This document shows, one piece after another, positions 48,025 to 56,428 of a stretch of 64,000 bases of DNA. The notes beneath the pieces were generated by a model. It searched no databases and had not been told where the DNA came from. It saw only the letters and a program-made list of their open reading frames with translations. Source of the DNA: Candidatus Zixiibacteriota bacterium (GTDB lineage Bacteria > Zixibacteria > MSB-5A5 > DSPP01); the NCBI GenBank assembly GCA_022614805.1, contig JAKEHY010000009.1, forward strand, positions 5,118 through 69,117, given 5' to 3'. A program made the position numbers and the translations under genes. Every line of letters starts with the position of its first letter. Positions within the stretch are counted from its first letter, which is position 1.

Positions 48025-50823
48025 CTACTGCCCGGTCGGCGGCTGAAGGCCGTATTCCTTGAGCTTCAGGCGAAGGGTTGATTCCGGAATTTTTAAGAGT
48101 TCGGCGGCCCGCTTCTTCACCCCCCCTGTTTCGACCAAGGCCCGTTGTATATGCTTTTTCTCCGCTTCGGCCAGGAATTCATAGAGGGAAAAGGCGCGCG
48201 GATGGCCGCCGGGCAATTTTTCATCCGGCCCGAAAAACTTGGCGGAAAGCAGCTCGGGGGCAACCACCCCGGACTCGTCCGCCAAAACCGCCAGCTTGCG
48301 CACCTCGTTCTCCAGCTCCCGCACGTTGCCGGGCCAGTCATGGGCGCACAAAAGCTCGAAGGCGGCCGGATTAAAGCAGAGCTTCTTGCCGCCGGCATAT
48401 TTGGCGGCAAAATGCTCCAACAAGAGGGGCACATCCTCCTTCCGTTCCCGAAGCGACGGCAGCTTCAAAGCAAAGACGGAAAGCCGGTAGAACAGGTCCT
48501 GGCGGAAGAGTCCTTTCTCGGTCAAGCCCTTCAAGTCCTTGTTGCCCGCGGAAATCAAGCGGACGTTCACCCGGCGCGGTCGGGTTTCCCCGAGACGGAC
48601 CACCTCTTTTTCTTCCAAAACGCGCAAAAGCTTCGCCTGTACGGAAAGCGGTATCTCCGTAACCTCGTCGAGGAAAAAAGTGCCGCCGTCCGCCTCCTCA
48701 AAAAGGCCCGGCTTATCCCGGTCGGCCCCGGTAAAAGCCCCCCGGCGGTGGCCGAAGAGCTCGGACTCGAGCAAAGTCTCCGGCAGGGCCGCGCAGTTGA
48801 CCGACACGAATCTCTGTTCCCGGCGGTTGGACTGGAAATGAATGGTCTTGGCCAACAAGTCCTTCCCCACGCCGGTTTCACCTAAAAGCAGAATGGACAG
48901 GTCGGAGTCCTTCACGCGGGCCGCCGCTTCGATGGTCGAAAGTAAAAGAGGCGAACGGGTAATGATGTTGGGAAAGGCGCATTTCTCTTCCAGCGTGGCC
49001 AGAAGCCGTTCGTTCTCCCGGGCCAGATTCTTTTTGGAGAGATGCGAAAGCTCCAGGGCAAAATGAGATGCGGCCGCGGTGGCCAGGTTCAACTCCTCCT
49101 GGAAAAACGGCCGGGCCTGTTTGGATAAATAAAGCATTCCGGCGATCTCCCCTTCCACCATCAAAGGAAGACTCAAAACCGAAAGCATCCTATCTTTTTC
49201 CAGCACCTCCAACCGGGCGCCGGTGGCATCCCCGTCACCGGGGCCGGGAATCGTTTCCGGCAACTCGCCGGCCTGGGTAACCAACTGCTGCAATCCATTC
49301 GCAAGACCGTACAAGGCCGCCCCTTCCGCCTGCACTTCACCGACCAGAAGCGAAAGTTTGGCTTCCGGCGATTCCGCCCGGCTCAAATTCAGAAACAAAG
49401 CGTAGCGGTTTTCCGGCGAGTAGGCGAGGGAAACTTTCCGTTCGGAGAGTTGAGCGGAAAGGGCTCGCAAACGGGCCAGGTCTTCTTCTGAAAAAGCTAA
49501 AACCTCTTTATGATTCTCCAAAATTTCCAAAAGCGGCTCCAGCGGCCCGAGCCGGCCGCCGCCCAACAGCTTCTCGGCAGCCCAAAAACAGGGTTCGCGA
49601 AAGACGGGGGCCTTTTTCAGCCGCGCGAGCAGGCCGGTCACCTCGTTCAAAAATTTCTGGCAGCGGCCCTCGTCTCCGGCGGGGGACAGAACCAGCGCGA
49701 GAATCTTCAAGCGGGCCTCCTCGATCGGCAAAGTTACGGATGGCAGAAAGGAGAGCGCCTCCTCGAGGAGGGATTGAGCCTTCTCCGTTTGGCCGGTTTC
49801 AAACCAGGCCTGCGCCAAAACCCGCAGGGAAGCCAAAATTTCCTCTTTTTCCGAAAGCACCTGCGCCAGCGCAAGCGCCTCTTCGGCGCGGGAAATGGCC
49901 GCTCCCGGCCGGCCCTGGGCCAAAAGCAACTCCGCCCAGCGCCTTTGCACCTGCGTCACCAGGCCCGATTGGGGCGCCAGCCGCCGGCTGATTTCCAGAG
50001 CGCGGGTGTACTCCCCCTCGGCCTGGACCCACTCCTTCTGCCAGAAAAAAGCCTCCCCCCGATACTCGTGATAAATTGTTTCTTCCCGCAACAGCCGTTC
50101 GGCCTGAATGAGCCTTTTTGCCTCTGTAAACTCCGGCTCCATTTCGGACCGGCGCCCGGTGAGAGCGTAAAGGTAGGCCAAGGACAGGTGGTTGCGCGCC
50201 AGGCTGGCGGGGGCCTCCACCACCCGGTTTACCAGAAGGGCCAGTCGCAAAGATTTTTCGGCCTCCTCCCAACGGCCGGAAAGAAATTGAACCCGGCCCA
50301 GATTCCCCCAAGCCCTCCCTTCCCCGACCCCGTCGGAGGCATTGCGGGCCGCATCCAGGCTCTCCAGCAGGTACTCCTCGGCCGTTTTCAAATCGGAACG
50401 GATAAAGGCCAGCCGGGCCAATTCGCTGTAGGTTTGGGCCGTTCCTTTTAGGTCGGAGGCGCGCCGATAATTGGCCAAAGCATCCAAAAGTAATTTTTCC
50501 GCCTCGCGCAACTCTCCCGTTAAGGCAAACAAGAGCCCCAAGAGGTAAAGCGATTCGCCCGCCTCCGCATGGTTGGCGGTCAGCCGGTAACCGCCGTAGG
50601 CCTGCCGGGCCTTGGCTATTGCTTCGGCGTAGTTGTTTTCCCGGTATAATATCCAAGCCCACAAAAGGGAGGTTTCCGCCACTTCCTCCGGAGAAAAAAA
50701 CGTCGGCGGCCGGGTCTCCCGGGCGGCAAGGAACTCCCGGGCCTCGGCTACCCTTCCTTCCTCCAGAAGGCGCCGCGTCTGGGCAAAGCTTTGCCAGCTC
50801 TCCTGCGTTTCGGCCAGCTTCAT
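48025..50823 (-). CDS. sigma-54-dependent transcriptional activator with a ~450-aa N-terminal TPR array and a GAF-like domain (TPR-GAF-AAA+-HTH)
   Basis: Walker A GETGVGKD, a GAFTGA motif, and a C-terminal Fis-type HTH. The N-terminus has multiple TPR-like helices. Start trimmed to the ATG at 50823 (MKLAETQ...), just downstream of the small-protein gene. Confidence 0.8.
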   Translation of the reverse strand: MKLAETQESWQSFAQTRRLLEEGRVAEAREFLAARETRPPTFFSPEEVAETSLLWAWILYRENNYAEAIAKARQAYGGYRLTANHAEAGESLYLLGLLFALTGELREAEKLLLDALANYRRASDLKGTAQTYSELARLAFIRSDLKTAEEYLLESLDAARNASDGVGEGRAWGNLGRVQFLSGRWEEAEKSLRLALLVNRVVEAPASLARNHLSLAYLYALTGRRSEMEPEFTEAKRLIQAERLLREETIYHEYRGEAFFWQKEWVQAEGEYTRALEISRRLAPQSGLVTQVQRRWAELLLAQGRPGAAISRAEEALALAQVLSEKEEILASLRVLAQAWFETGQTEKAQSLLEEALSFLPSVTLPIEEARLKILALVLSPAGDEGRCQKFLNEVTGLLARLKKAPVFREPCFWAAEKLLGGGRLGPLEPLLEILENHKEVLAFSEEDLARLRALSAQLSERKVSLAYSPENRYALFLNLSRAESPEAKLSLLVGEVQAEGAALYGLANGLQQLVTQAGELPETIPGPGDGDATGARLEVLEKDRMLSVLSLPLMVEGEIAGMLYLSKQARPFFQEELNLATAAASHFALELSHLSKKNLARENERLLATLEEKCAFPNIITRSPLLLSTIEAAARVKDSDLSILLLGETGVGKDLLAKTIHFQSNRREQRFVSVNCAALPETLLESELFGHRRGAFTGADRDKPGLFEEADGGTFFLDEVTEIPLSVQAKLLRVLEEKEVVRLGETRPRRVNVRLISAGNKDLKGLTEKGLFRQDLFYRLSVFALKLPSLRERKEDVPLLLEHFAAKYAGGKKLCFNPAAFELLCAHDWPGNVRELENEVRKLAVLADESGVVAPELLSAKFFGPDEKLPGGHPRAFSLYEFLAEAEKKHIQRALVETGGVKKRAAELLKIPESTLRLKLKEYGLQPPTGQ

Positions 50824-50827
50824 AGGC

Positions 50828-51142
50828 TCAGAAAAAAGAAGTGAACGACTTCTTGCTGCTTGGTCCGCTTTTAAGGGTTGCGACCGCCTGCTGCGATTGG
50901 TACTTGACCCAGATAAGAACGGGATAAACTTGGTCCTTGGTATACCAGACGGCCAACAACATGTATTCATCCGTGACAAGCACAACCTCGACGCGGTAAG
51001 CACCCTTTACCTTATCCCAGGGATGTTCGTCGCCAGTTGGAGTGGGGGAAGCCGTGGCCGCACGGGTCGGCTCCGTACCCAAAAGAAAAAACACTACACC
51101 CAATAAAATGATTATTCCGAGAAACCACCGCATCATTTTCAT
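50828..51142 (-). CDS. small exported hypothetical protein (104 aa)
   Basis: Start trimmed to the ATG at 51142 with GGGAGGAG upstream. Signal peptide MKMMRWFLGIIILLGVVFFLLG. It lies 4 bp upstream of the sigma-54 activator gene. Confidence 0.55.
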   Translation of the reverse strand: MKMMRWFLGIIILLGVVFFLLGTEPTRAATASPTPTGDEHPWDKVKGAYRVEVVLVTDEYMLLAVWYTKDQVYPVLIWVKYQSQQAVATLKSGPSSKKSFTSFF

Positions 51143-51444
51143 ATCTCCTCCCTCTGCGTCCACACAGGGTCTATGGGCAGACACCAGCGGCCAGCCCGGC
51201 GGCGACATTGGTTGGGGGAGCCGGGCGTGCACATATGTTACGCAATAACTGCGAACTTTGTCAAGAATTTTTGTACCCAAACGGCAAATTTTTAAAATAC
51301 TCTAATCTCTTGTGAAAAGTTTCTCATTTTAGTCCGGCCGTTTGGGCCCTATTCAGGAAACCTAACCAAAAGCGGCACGTAAAGATAGGTGACTTCTTGC
51401 GGCCGCTGTGTATATTCCGGCTGAAAGAAAATCAAGGAGGTTCG

Positions 51445-52581
51445 ATGAAAGGAAAATACGCAGTTTTTCTGGCCCTGTCCGCAGTTTTTGTTTTTTCCCT
51501 TCCCGGCCACGCCACCCGGCTGGTGGGAAGCGAACATTTTTCGTTGAAGGCGGACAGCCTGGTGGATGACGACCTCGTTTTGGCCGTCAAAGAAGCCTCC
51601 CTTTCCGGCCACATAACGGGCGACCTTTTGTTTGCGGGCAGCGGCCTGATGCTGTCTGGACCGGTGGATGGGAATGTTTTGGCCGGCGGCCAGCATCTCT
51701 CCCTCAAGGGTCCGGTGGGCGGGTCCGTGCGGGCCTTCTGTTCCGATTTGACTATTGAAAACAGAGTGGGACGCAACCTGGCCGTCTTTTGCGGAACGGC
51801 CCGGTTGCCGGAGGGGGGCGTGGTGGAAAAGGACGCGCACGTTTTCAGCGGCAATTTGATGGTGGGTGGAAACATAAACGGCAGTCTGGTCTTCTACGGA
51901 GGGGAAGTGGTAATCAGCGGCAAAGTCGGGAAAGGGGCCAAAATCAAAGCCGACAAAATAACGCTTGCCTCCACCGCCCGGATTGAAGGGGACTTTACTT
52001 ACACCAGCAAAAAGGAGGCGAAAATCGAACCGGGGGCGGTGGTCACCGGCCAGACCCTCCATACCCTCCCAAAGAAAAAGGAGGGGAAAGGGGTCTCGGG
52101 CTGGATTTGGTGGGTGGTGTGGCGCACGAGCGAGCTCGTTACCGGCTTTCTTTTGATTGCGCTGTTCCGAAAACAGATGAATGTGCTCAAAGAAACGGTT
52201 GCCGTTTCCTTCCTGAAAACATTGGGCGTCGGCCTTTTGAGCTTCGTCGTGATTCCGGTAATGGCCTTGCTTTTCGCCGTCATCATAATAGGGCTCCCAA
52301 TTACTTTGGTTCTGACCGCTTTTTACCTGGTGGCATTGGTTTTGGCCTGCAATTTCACGGGCCTGCCGCTGGGGGACGGGGTCTTGCGGCTGTTCAGAAA
52401 AGATAAACCGTTTTCGCTTTACGCATCGATGACCGTTGGAGTGCTTTTGATCCAGCTTTTGGAAGAAGTTCCCTACTTTGGGATGTTGGTGCTTTTGGTG
52501 ACCGCCTGGATTGGGTTGGGAGCCATAATTTTGGGAAGCTATCGGCTTTCCATCCAACTGCCGGCGCCAAGCGGCAGTTAA
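51445..52581 (+). CDS. beta-helical repeat (bactofilin/DUF4097-like polymer-forming family) protein with signal peptide and a C-terminal 4-TM domain
   Basis: RBS AAGGAGG at 51434-51440. Signal peptide MKGKYAVFLALSAVFVFSLPGHA. Repeated G-x-V-x-G-x-L/V-x pattern (GDLLFAGSGLMLSGPVDGNVLAGGQHLSLKGPVGGSV...). The C-terminal ~150 aa is hydrophobic. Confidence 0.6.
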   Translation: MKGKYAVFLALSAVFVFSLPGHATRLVGSEHFSLKADSLVDDDLVLAVKEASLSGHITGDLLFAGSGLMLSGPVDGNVLAGGQHLSLKGPVGGSVRAFCSDLTIENRVGRNLAVFCGTARLPEGGVVEKDAHVFSGNLMVGGNINGSLVFYGGEVVISGKVGKGAKIKADKITLASTARIEGDFTYTSKKEAKIEPGAVVTGQTLHTLPKKKEGKGVSGWIWWVVWRTSELVTGFLLIALFRKQMNVLKETVAVSFLKTLGVGLLSFVVIPVMALLFAVIIIGLPITLVLTAFYLVALVLACNFTGLPLGDGVLRLFRKDKPFSLYASMTVGVLLIQLLEEVPYFGMLVLLVTAWIGLGAIILGSYRLSIQLPAPSGS

Positions 52582-52621
52582 GAGCGGACGCTTTCTTCCC
52601 AGACGGACCTTTATTGTCGCA

Positions 52622-53413
52622 ATGGATTTAAATCTGAAAGATAAAACCGTTCTGGTGGCGGCCGCCAGCTCCGGCATCGGGCGGGCGGCCGCCGAACTTT
52701 TTTTGGTCGAGGGAGCCAGAGTCTCCATCTCCTCGCATAATCCGGAAAAGCTGGCCCAAGCGGTTGAAACGTTGCACCAAAAAACCGGCCGCCGCCCCGT
52801 TTCTTTCGAGTGCGACCTGACCAAAGAAAATGAAATCGAAAAATGGGTGAAGGAATCGGAAAAAACCTGCGGCCCGGCGCAGATTTTGGTGACCAACACC
52901 GGCGGCCCCCCGGTCGGGAGCTGGGACGGGCTTTCACCGGAAGACTGGCAGCAGGCGCACGATTTGGTTCTCCGGTCGGTGATGAAACTGACCCGCCTTG
53001 TGGCGCCGCCGATGCAAAAATCCAACTGGGGCCGGATAATTCTCATCTCTTCGGTGGCGGCCAAAGAGTCCATTCCTTCTTTGGCCTCCTCTTCCACCTA
53101 TCGCGCCGGACTTCTGGGATACGCCAAAGTGCTGTCCATCGATTTGGGAAAATACAATATCACCGTCAATACCGTCCTGCCGGGCTACACTTTGACCGAC
53201 CGTCAAAAGGAGCTGGCGGAAAAAACGGCGGCCCAGACGGGAAATACTCCGGAGGAGATTATCAAAAGCTGGGAGGCCGGGATTCCCCTGGGGCGGACGG
53301 CCCGGCCGGAGGAAATTGCCGCTGCGGTCGTATTTCTGGCCTCGGAAAAAGCGAGCTACATCACCGGCGCCGCCCTGCCGGTGGACGGCGGCAGAATCTC
53401 GACCATCGTTTAG
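52622..53413 (+). CDS. SDR-family oxidoreductase (FabG-like)
   Basis: TVLVAAASSGIG Rossmann motif and a YxxxK motif. Confidence 0.85.
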   Translation: MDLNLKDKTVLVAAASSGIGRAAAELFLVEGARVSISSHNPEKLAQAVETLHQKTGRRPVSFECDLTKENEIEKWVKESEKTCGPAQILVTNTGGPPVGSWDGLSPEDWQQAHDLVLRSVMKLTRLVAPPMQKSNWGRIILISSVAAKESIPSLASSSTYRAGLLGYAKVLSIDLGKYNITVNTVLPGYTLTDRQKELAEKTAAQTGNTPEEIIKSWEAGIPLGRTARPEEIAAAVVFLASEKASYITGAALPVDGGRISTIV

Positions 53414-53415
53414 CC

Positions 53416-56184
53416 TTACTGAATGATCACGATTTTGCCGATGTGCCGCCCCTCGGAGGATTCCACCACAAACAGGTATAACCCCGCCGCCACTGGCTGC
53501 GCATTCCGGCTTAAAAGGTCCCAAAACTCATACCCCGAGTCCGTTGCCGTCGGCTCTTTCTCGTGGTTTATCTGCTGCACCAAATCTCCATCCAGAGTGT
53601 AAATCCGAATCGTACATTTGGGAGGCAGGTTGATGAAGTTTATCCGTTTGCTGCTTTGGGGGCGGCCACTGGCCGGCTGGTTCTTCTCAAAGTGGCTGTA
53701 GTCCTCGTCTATCCGGTAGGGATTGGGATAAACCGAAATCTTCAACTCCCCCGCCTTTCGGGCCGAATCCGTGGCCACCGGATAAACCAACTGGGCCACG
53801 GCCGAAGGGGGCGGCGCCTGCGGCGCTATCGTATTGTAGTAACTGGCGAATCCATTGTCGAAAGGAACGACCGCCAGAAAGAGCGGCTGGGAGGGAAAAA
53901 GCCCGGTCAATTTCATCTGGTACCAGTAGGCGCTGTCGTTGTTCAGGTCGGTGACCGAAGGGTACATCCGAGCTTTGCTCAAACCGGCATTATATCCTTC
54001 CCGGATAAAATAAAAGAAGGTATCCACTGGTATGATATTAAGCTGTCCGGTAGTGCCGCAGGAATCGCAAAAACGGACCCGGACGGCTGTTTTGGTCGAG
54101 TCCGGGTTGCACCAGGGATTGGGACGGGGCCTTTCCGGCAGGGGACGGATAGTTGCCAACCTCAATCGTATCGCCAAAATTGGGGCATTGTACTTATCCG
54201 GGTTAATCGGCTTGGTGATGTTCCCCGGTTTGTTCAAACAGGTATCCCAATTCACAGCAAACCTATTCTGAATCTCTCCATATGCCAAAGGCAGCCCCAG
54301 GGCCGGCTCCCAGCGGGTGTCGAGCGTGTCATCATCGTAATTGCCTTCGTCATTCGGGTCCGTGTAGCCGTTCCCGTTGACATCCGGGTTCAGGTAATGC
54401 AGCCGCCAGTTCACCTTATCGAAGTAACCGATGATGGTATAGTTGATGCCGTCGGTGGACATCTGCACGGTGTAGCCCTCGAAGTCCCGGAAACCGGTAA
54501 AGGGGTCGATGGTATCCTCGGTCTCCCGTCCGAACCAGCGGATGGTCACCTCCCCTTCGGCGGTGGAAAATTCCACTTTCGGAAATGGCGGGGGAACCGG
54601 CCCTTTGAAGTCGGGGATGCCGTCCCCTATAAGACGGATGTCTTGGGTTGGCACGTGGCCATCGGCTTGACAGATAACAGTTGAAAGGATATTCTCGTTG
54701 TCAAAGACGTTTTTGGCCATCCGGGCGTTGGCGATTAAAGCCCCAAGGTTAAGACGGTTCTGGTAGGCCAGGATGCGGGTGGTGTCCAAAAAGTCGGTGG
54801 ATGGAAACTGAAAATTGGAAGCATAGTTGGCCGCGTCGGTGTGAAGCTTCTCCCCCGCCAGAAGGGCAAAGGTCAGAGGCACGCTTTCCCCCACTTCCAA
54901 GTCGAACGGCCCGGCCGATAACAAAAAACGGGAATCGGCGCCGCCGGCGAGGCGGATGGCGCCCTCCGCCGGGAAGAGGGGCGGGCGCCAAATTTCCTGA
55001 AAGGGGAGATTCCGGTCAAGGGCGGAATAAATCTGGTCGTAGTCGAGTTCCCGGTTGGAAAGATAAAAATACTTCATCTTATCCCCTATCGGCTGGCCAA
55101 ACTGTCCAAGGGTATTCTTCCGACCGGGGATTTGCTGCGGCCCCCAGTCCAGAACCCGGTTGCTGTCCGGCACCCACCAGTTGAAGGAGATGTTCTTGTT
55201 GCCAAGAGTACCATCAAATTTGAGAGCTTCTCCCGCCCGCAAGACCCGCAGGCCGATGACCCCCGTGGGGCTTCGCATCCCATACTCCCCGTTATCTTCC
55301 GGGTCGCCGTCGTTGTCATAGGCGTAGGCCAGATTCAAGGTATCCCGGCAAATCAAAAGGCTTGGGTTAATCCCTGGAAAATTGGCGGCTCCATCGGCGA
55401 TTTTCAAAAAAGCCCCCGGCTTGAATGCGCTGTAATCGTCCGTATGAGTCAATTGACTGGCATTGACGCTGCCGATGTCCGGGTCCAGCAAAATGCCAAA
55501 ATAAGCCTGCCGTATCGGCTCCGGGCCAAGGTTGGTTATTGTGTAATCCAGCAAGACCCAATCCTTCGCAAAATCGGCCGACCAGGAATAGCTCCGCTGC
55601 TCGACTTTCAGACCTATGGGATGAAAGAGCTCTCCGGTCTCCGGGTCGGGAGTGATAACCAGCCGGGGGTCTGTGAGGGTATCGTAAAAAACCGAAATCA
55701 AGTCCAAGTCCGATACGGCCGCCGGGTTGTAATACGGACTGCTTGGCCGGGCCGAGCGTTTGATGATAGTGCCGGCTCCGCCTGCCTCCGGAAAGAGCTC
55801 CCGAATTCCCACCCAGCCGTCGCTGCCGGTGGAAACCAGTGTATCCTCCCCAACGATTCCTCCCACCCATACAGCTCCTTGAAAAAGATACTCCAGCCCC
55901 GAACCTCCCGGAAACTCCGCCGAAGAGGAGAAACCGCCCGTAAGGCAGTCCCGAAAAAAAATGTTTCGTTGATTGCCGAGAATACCCCAGTTTGAAACGG
56001 TCAGCCAGAGGCGTCCGGTTTTGTGAGTGCACTGCTCCAAGCTGGGAAAAGCCGTGATTTTGGGCAGCCCGGAAAGGGCCGGGCGGGCGGTATCAATAGC
56101 TATCATTCGGCCCAAAGCGGGCGGCAAAAGAAGGAAAAATAAAACCAAACCAAGAATTTGCCTTTTCGTATGAAACACGGCCAA
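53416..56184 (-). CDS. large secreted protein (922 aa) of an uncharacterised family, with a variant T9SS-like C-terminal sorting domain; paralog of 61951..64000
   Basis: Signal peptide MAVFHTKRQILGLVLFFLLLPPALG. C-terminal ~115 aa: ISVYPNPYRID...INFINLPPKCTIRIYTLDGDLV...GLYLFVVESSEGRHIGKIVIIQ. Conserved internal motif IPDFKGPVPPPFP. Confidence 0.65.
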   Translation of the reverse strand: MAVFHTKRQILGLVLFFLLLPPALGRMIAIDTARPALSGLPKITAFPSLEQCTHKTGRLWLTVSNWGILGNQRNIFFRDCLTGGFSSSAEFPGGSGLEYLFQGAVWVGGIVGEDTLVSTGSDGWVGIRELFPEAGGAGTIIKRSARPSSPYYNPAAVSDLDLISVFYDTLTDPRLVITPDPETGELFHPIGLKVEQRSYSWSADFAKDWVLLDYTITNLGPEPIRQAYFGILLDPDIGSVNASQLTHTDDYSAFKPGAFLKIADGAANFPGINPSLLICRDTLNLAYAYDNDGDPEDNGEYGMRSPTGVIGLRVLRAGEALKFDGTLGNKNISFNWWVPDSNRVLDWGPQQIPGRKNTLGQFGQPIGDKMKYFYLSNRELDYDQIYSALDRNLPFQEIWRPPLFPAEGAIRLAGGADSRFLLSAGPFDLEVGESVPLTFALLAGEKLHTDAANYASNFQFPSTDFLDTTRILAYQNRLNLGALIANARMAKNVFDNENILSTVICQADGHVPTQDIRLIGDGIPDFKGPVPPPFPKVEFSTAEGEVTIRWFGRETEDTIDPFTGFRDFEGYTVQMSTDGINYTIIGYFDKVNWRLHYLNPDVNGNGYTDPNDEGNYDDDTLDTRWEPALGLPLAYGEIQNRFAVNWDTCLNKPGNITKPINPDKYNAPILAIRLRLATIRPLPERPRPNPWCNPDSTKTAVRVRFCDSCGTTGQLNIIPVDTFFYFIREGYNAGLSKARMYPSVTDLNNDSAYWYQMKLTGLFPSQPLFLAVVPFDNGFASYYNTIAPQAPPPSAVAQLVYPVATDSARKAGELKISVYPNPYRIDEDYSHFEKNQPASGRPQSSKRINFINLPPKCTIRIYTLDGDLVQQINHEKEPTATDSGYEFWDLLSRNAQPVAAGLYLFVVESSEGRHIGKIVIIQ

Positions 56185-56428
56185 ACCTGCCTCTTCCTCG
56201 ACAGAACTTAAAACAAATCAAACCCGCCTGCCCCAAGTGGGGGTTGGGGCGAAACGGCCACCCAGCCAGAGCGTGGCCGCCTGCTATCCCGCGCTCCGTT
56301 TTTATAATTTACGCAGGAAAAACGGATATTGTCAAATAGAATCGATTCTTTTGACTTTCCAACCGTCGGCCGAATTGAGACCCCAATCGGCTTGACCCTC
56401 CTTGCCGAAGGATGTTGATTACAGGTGG

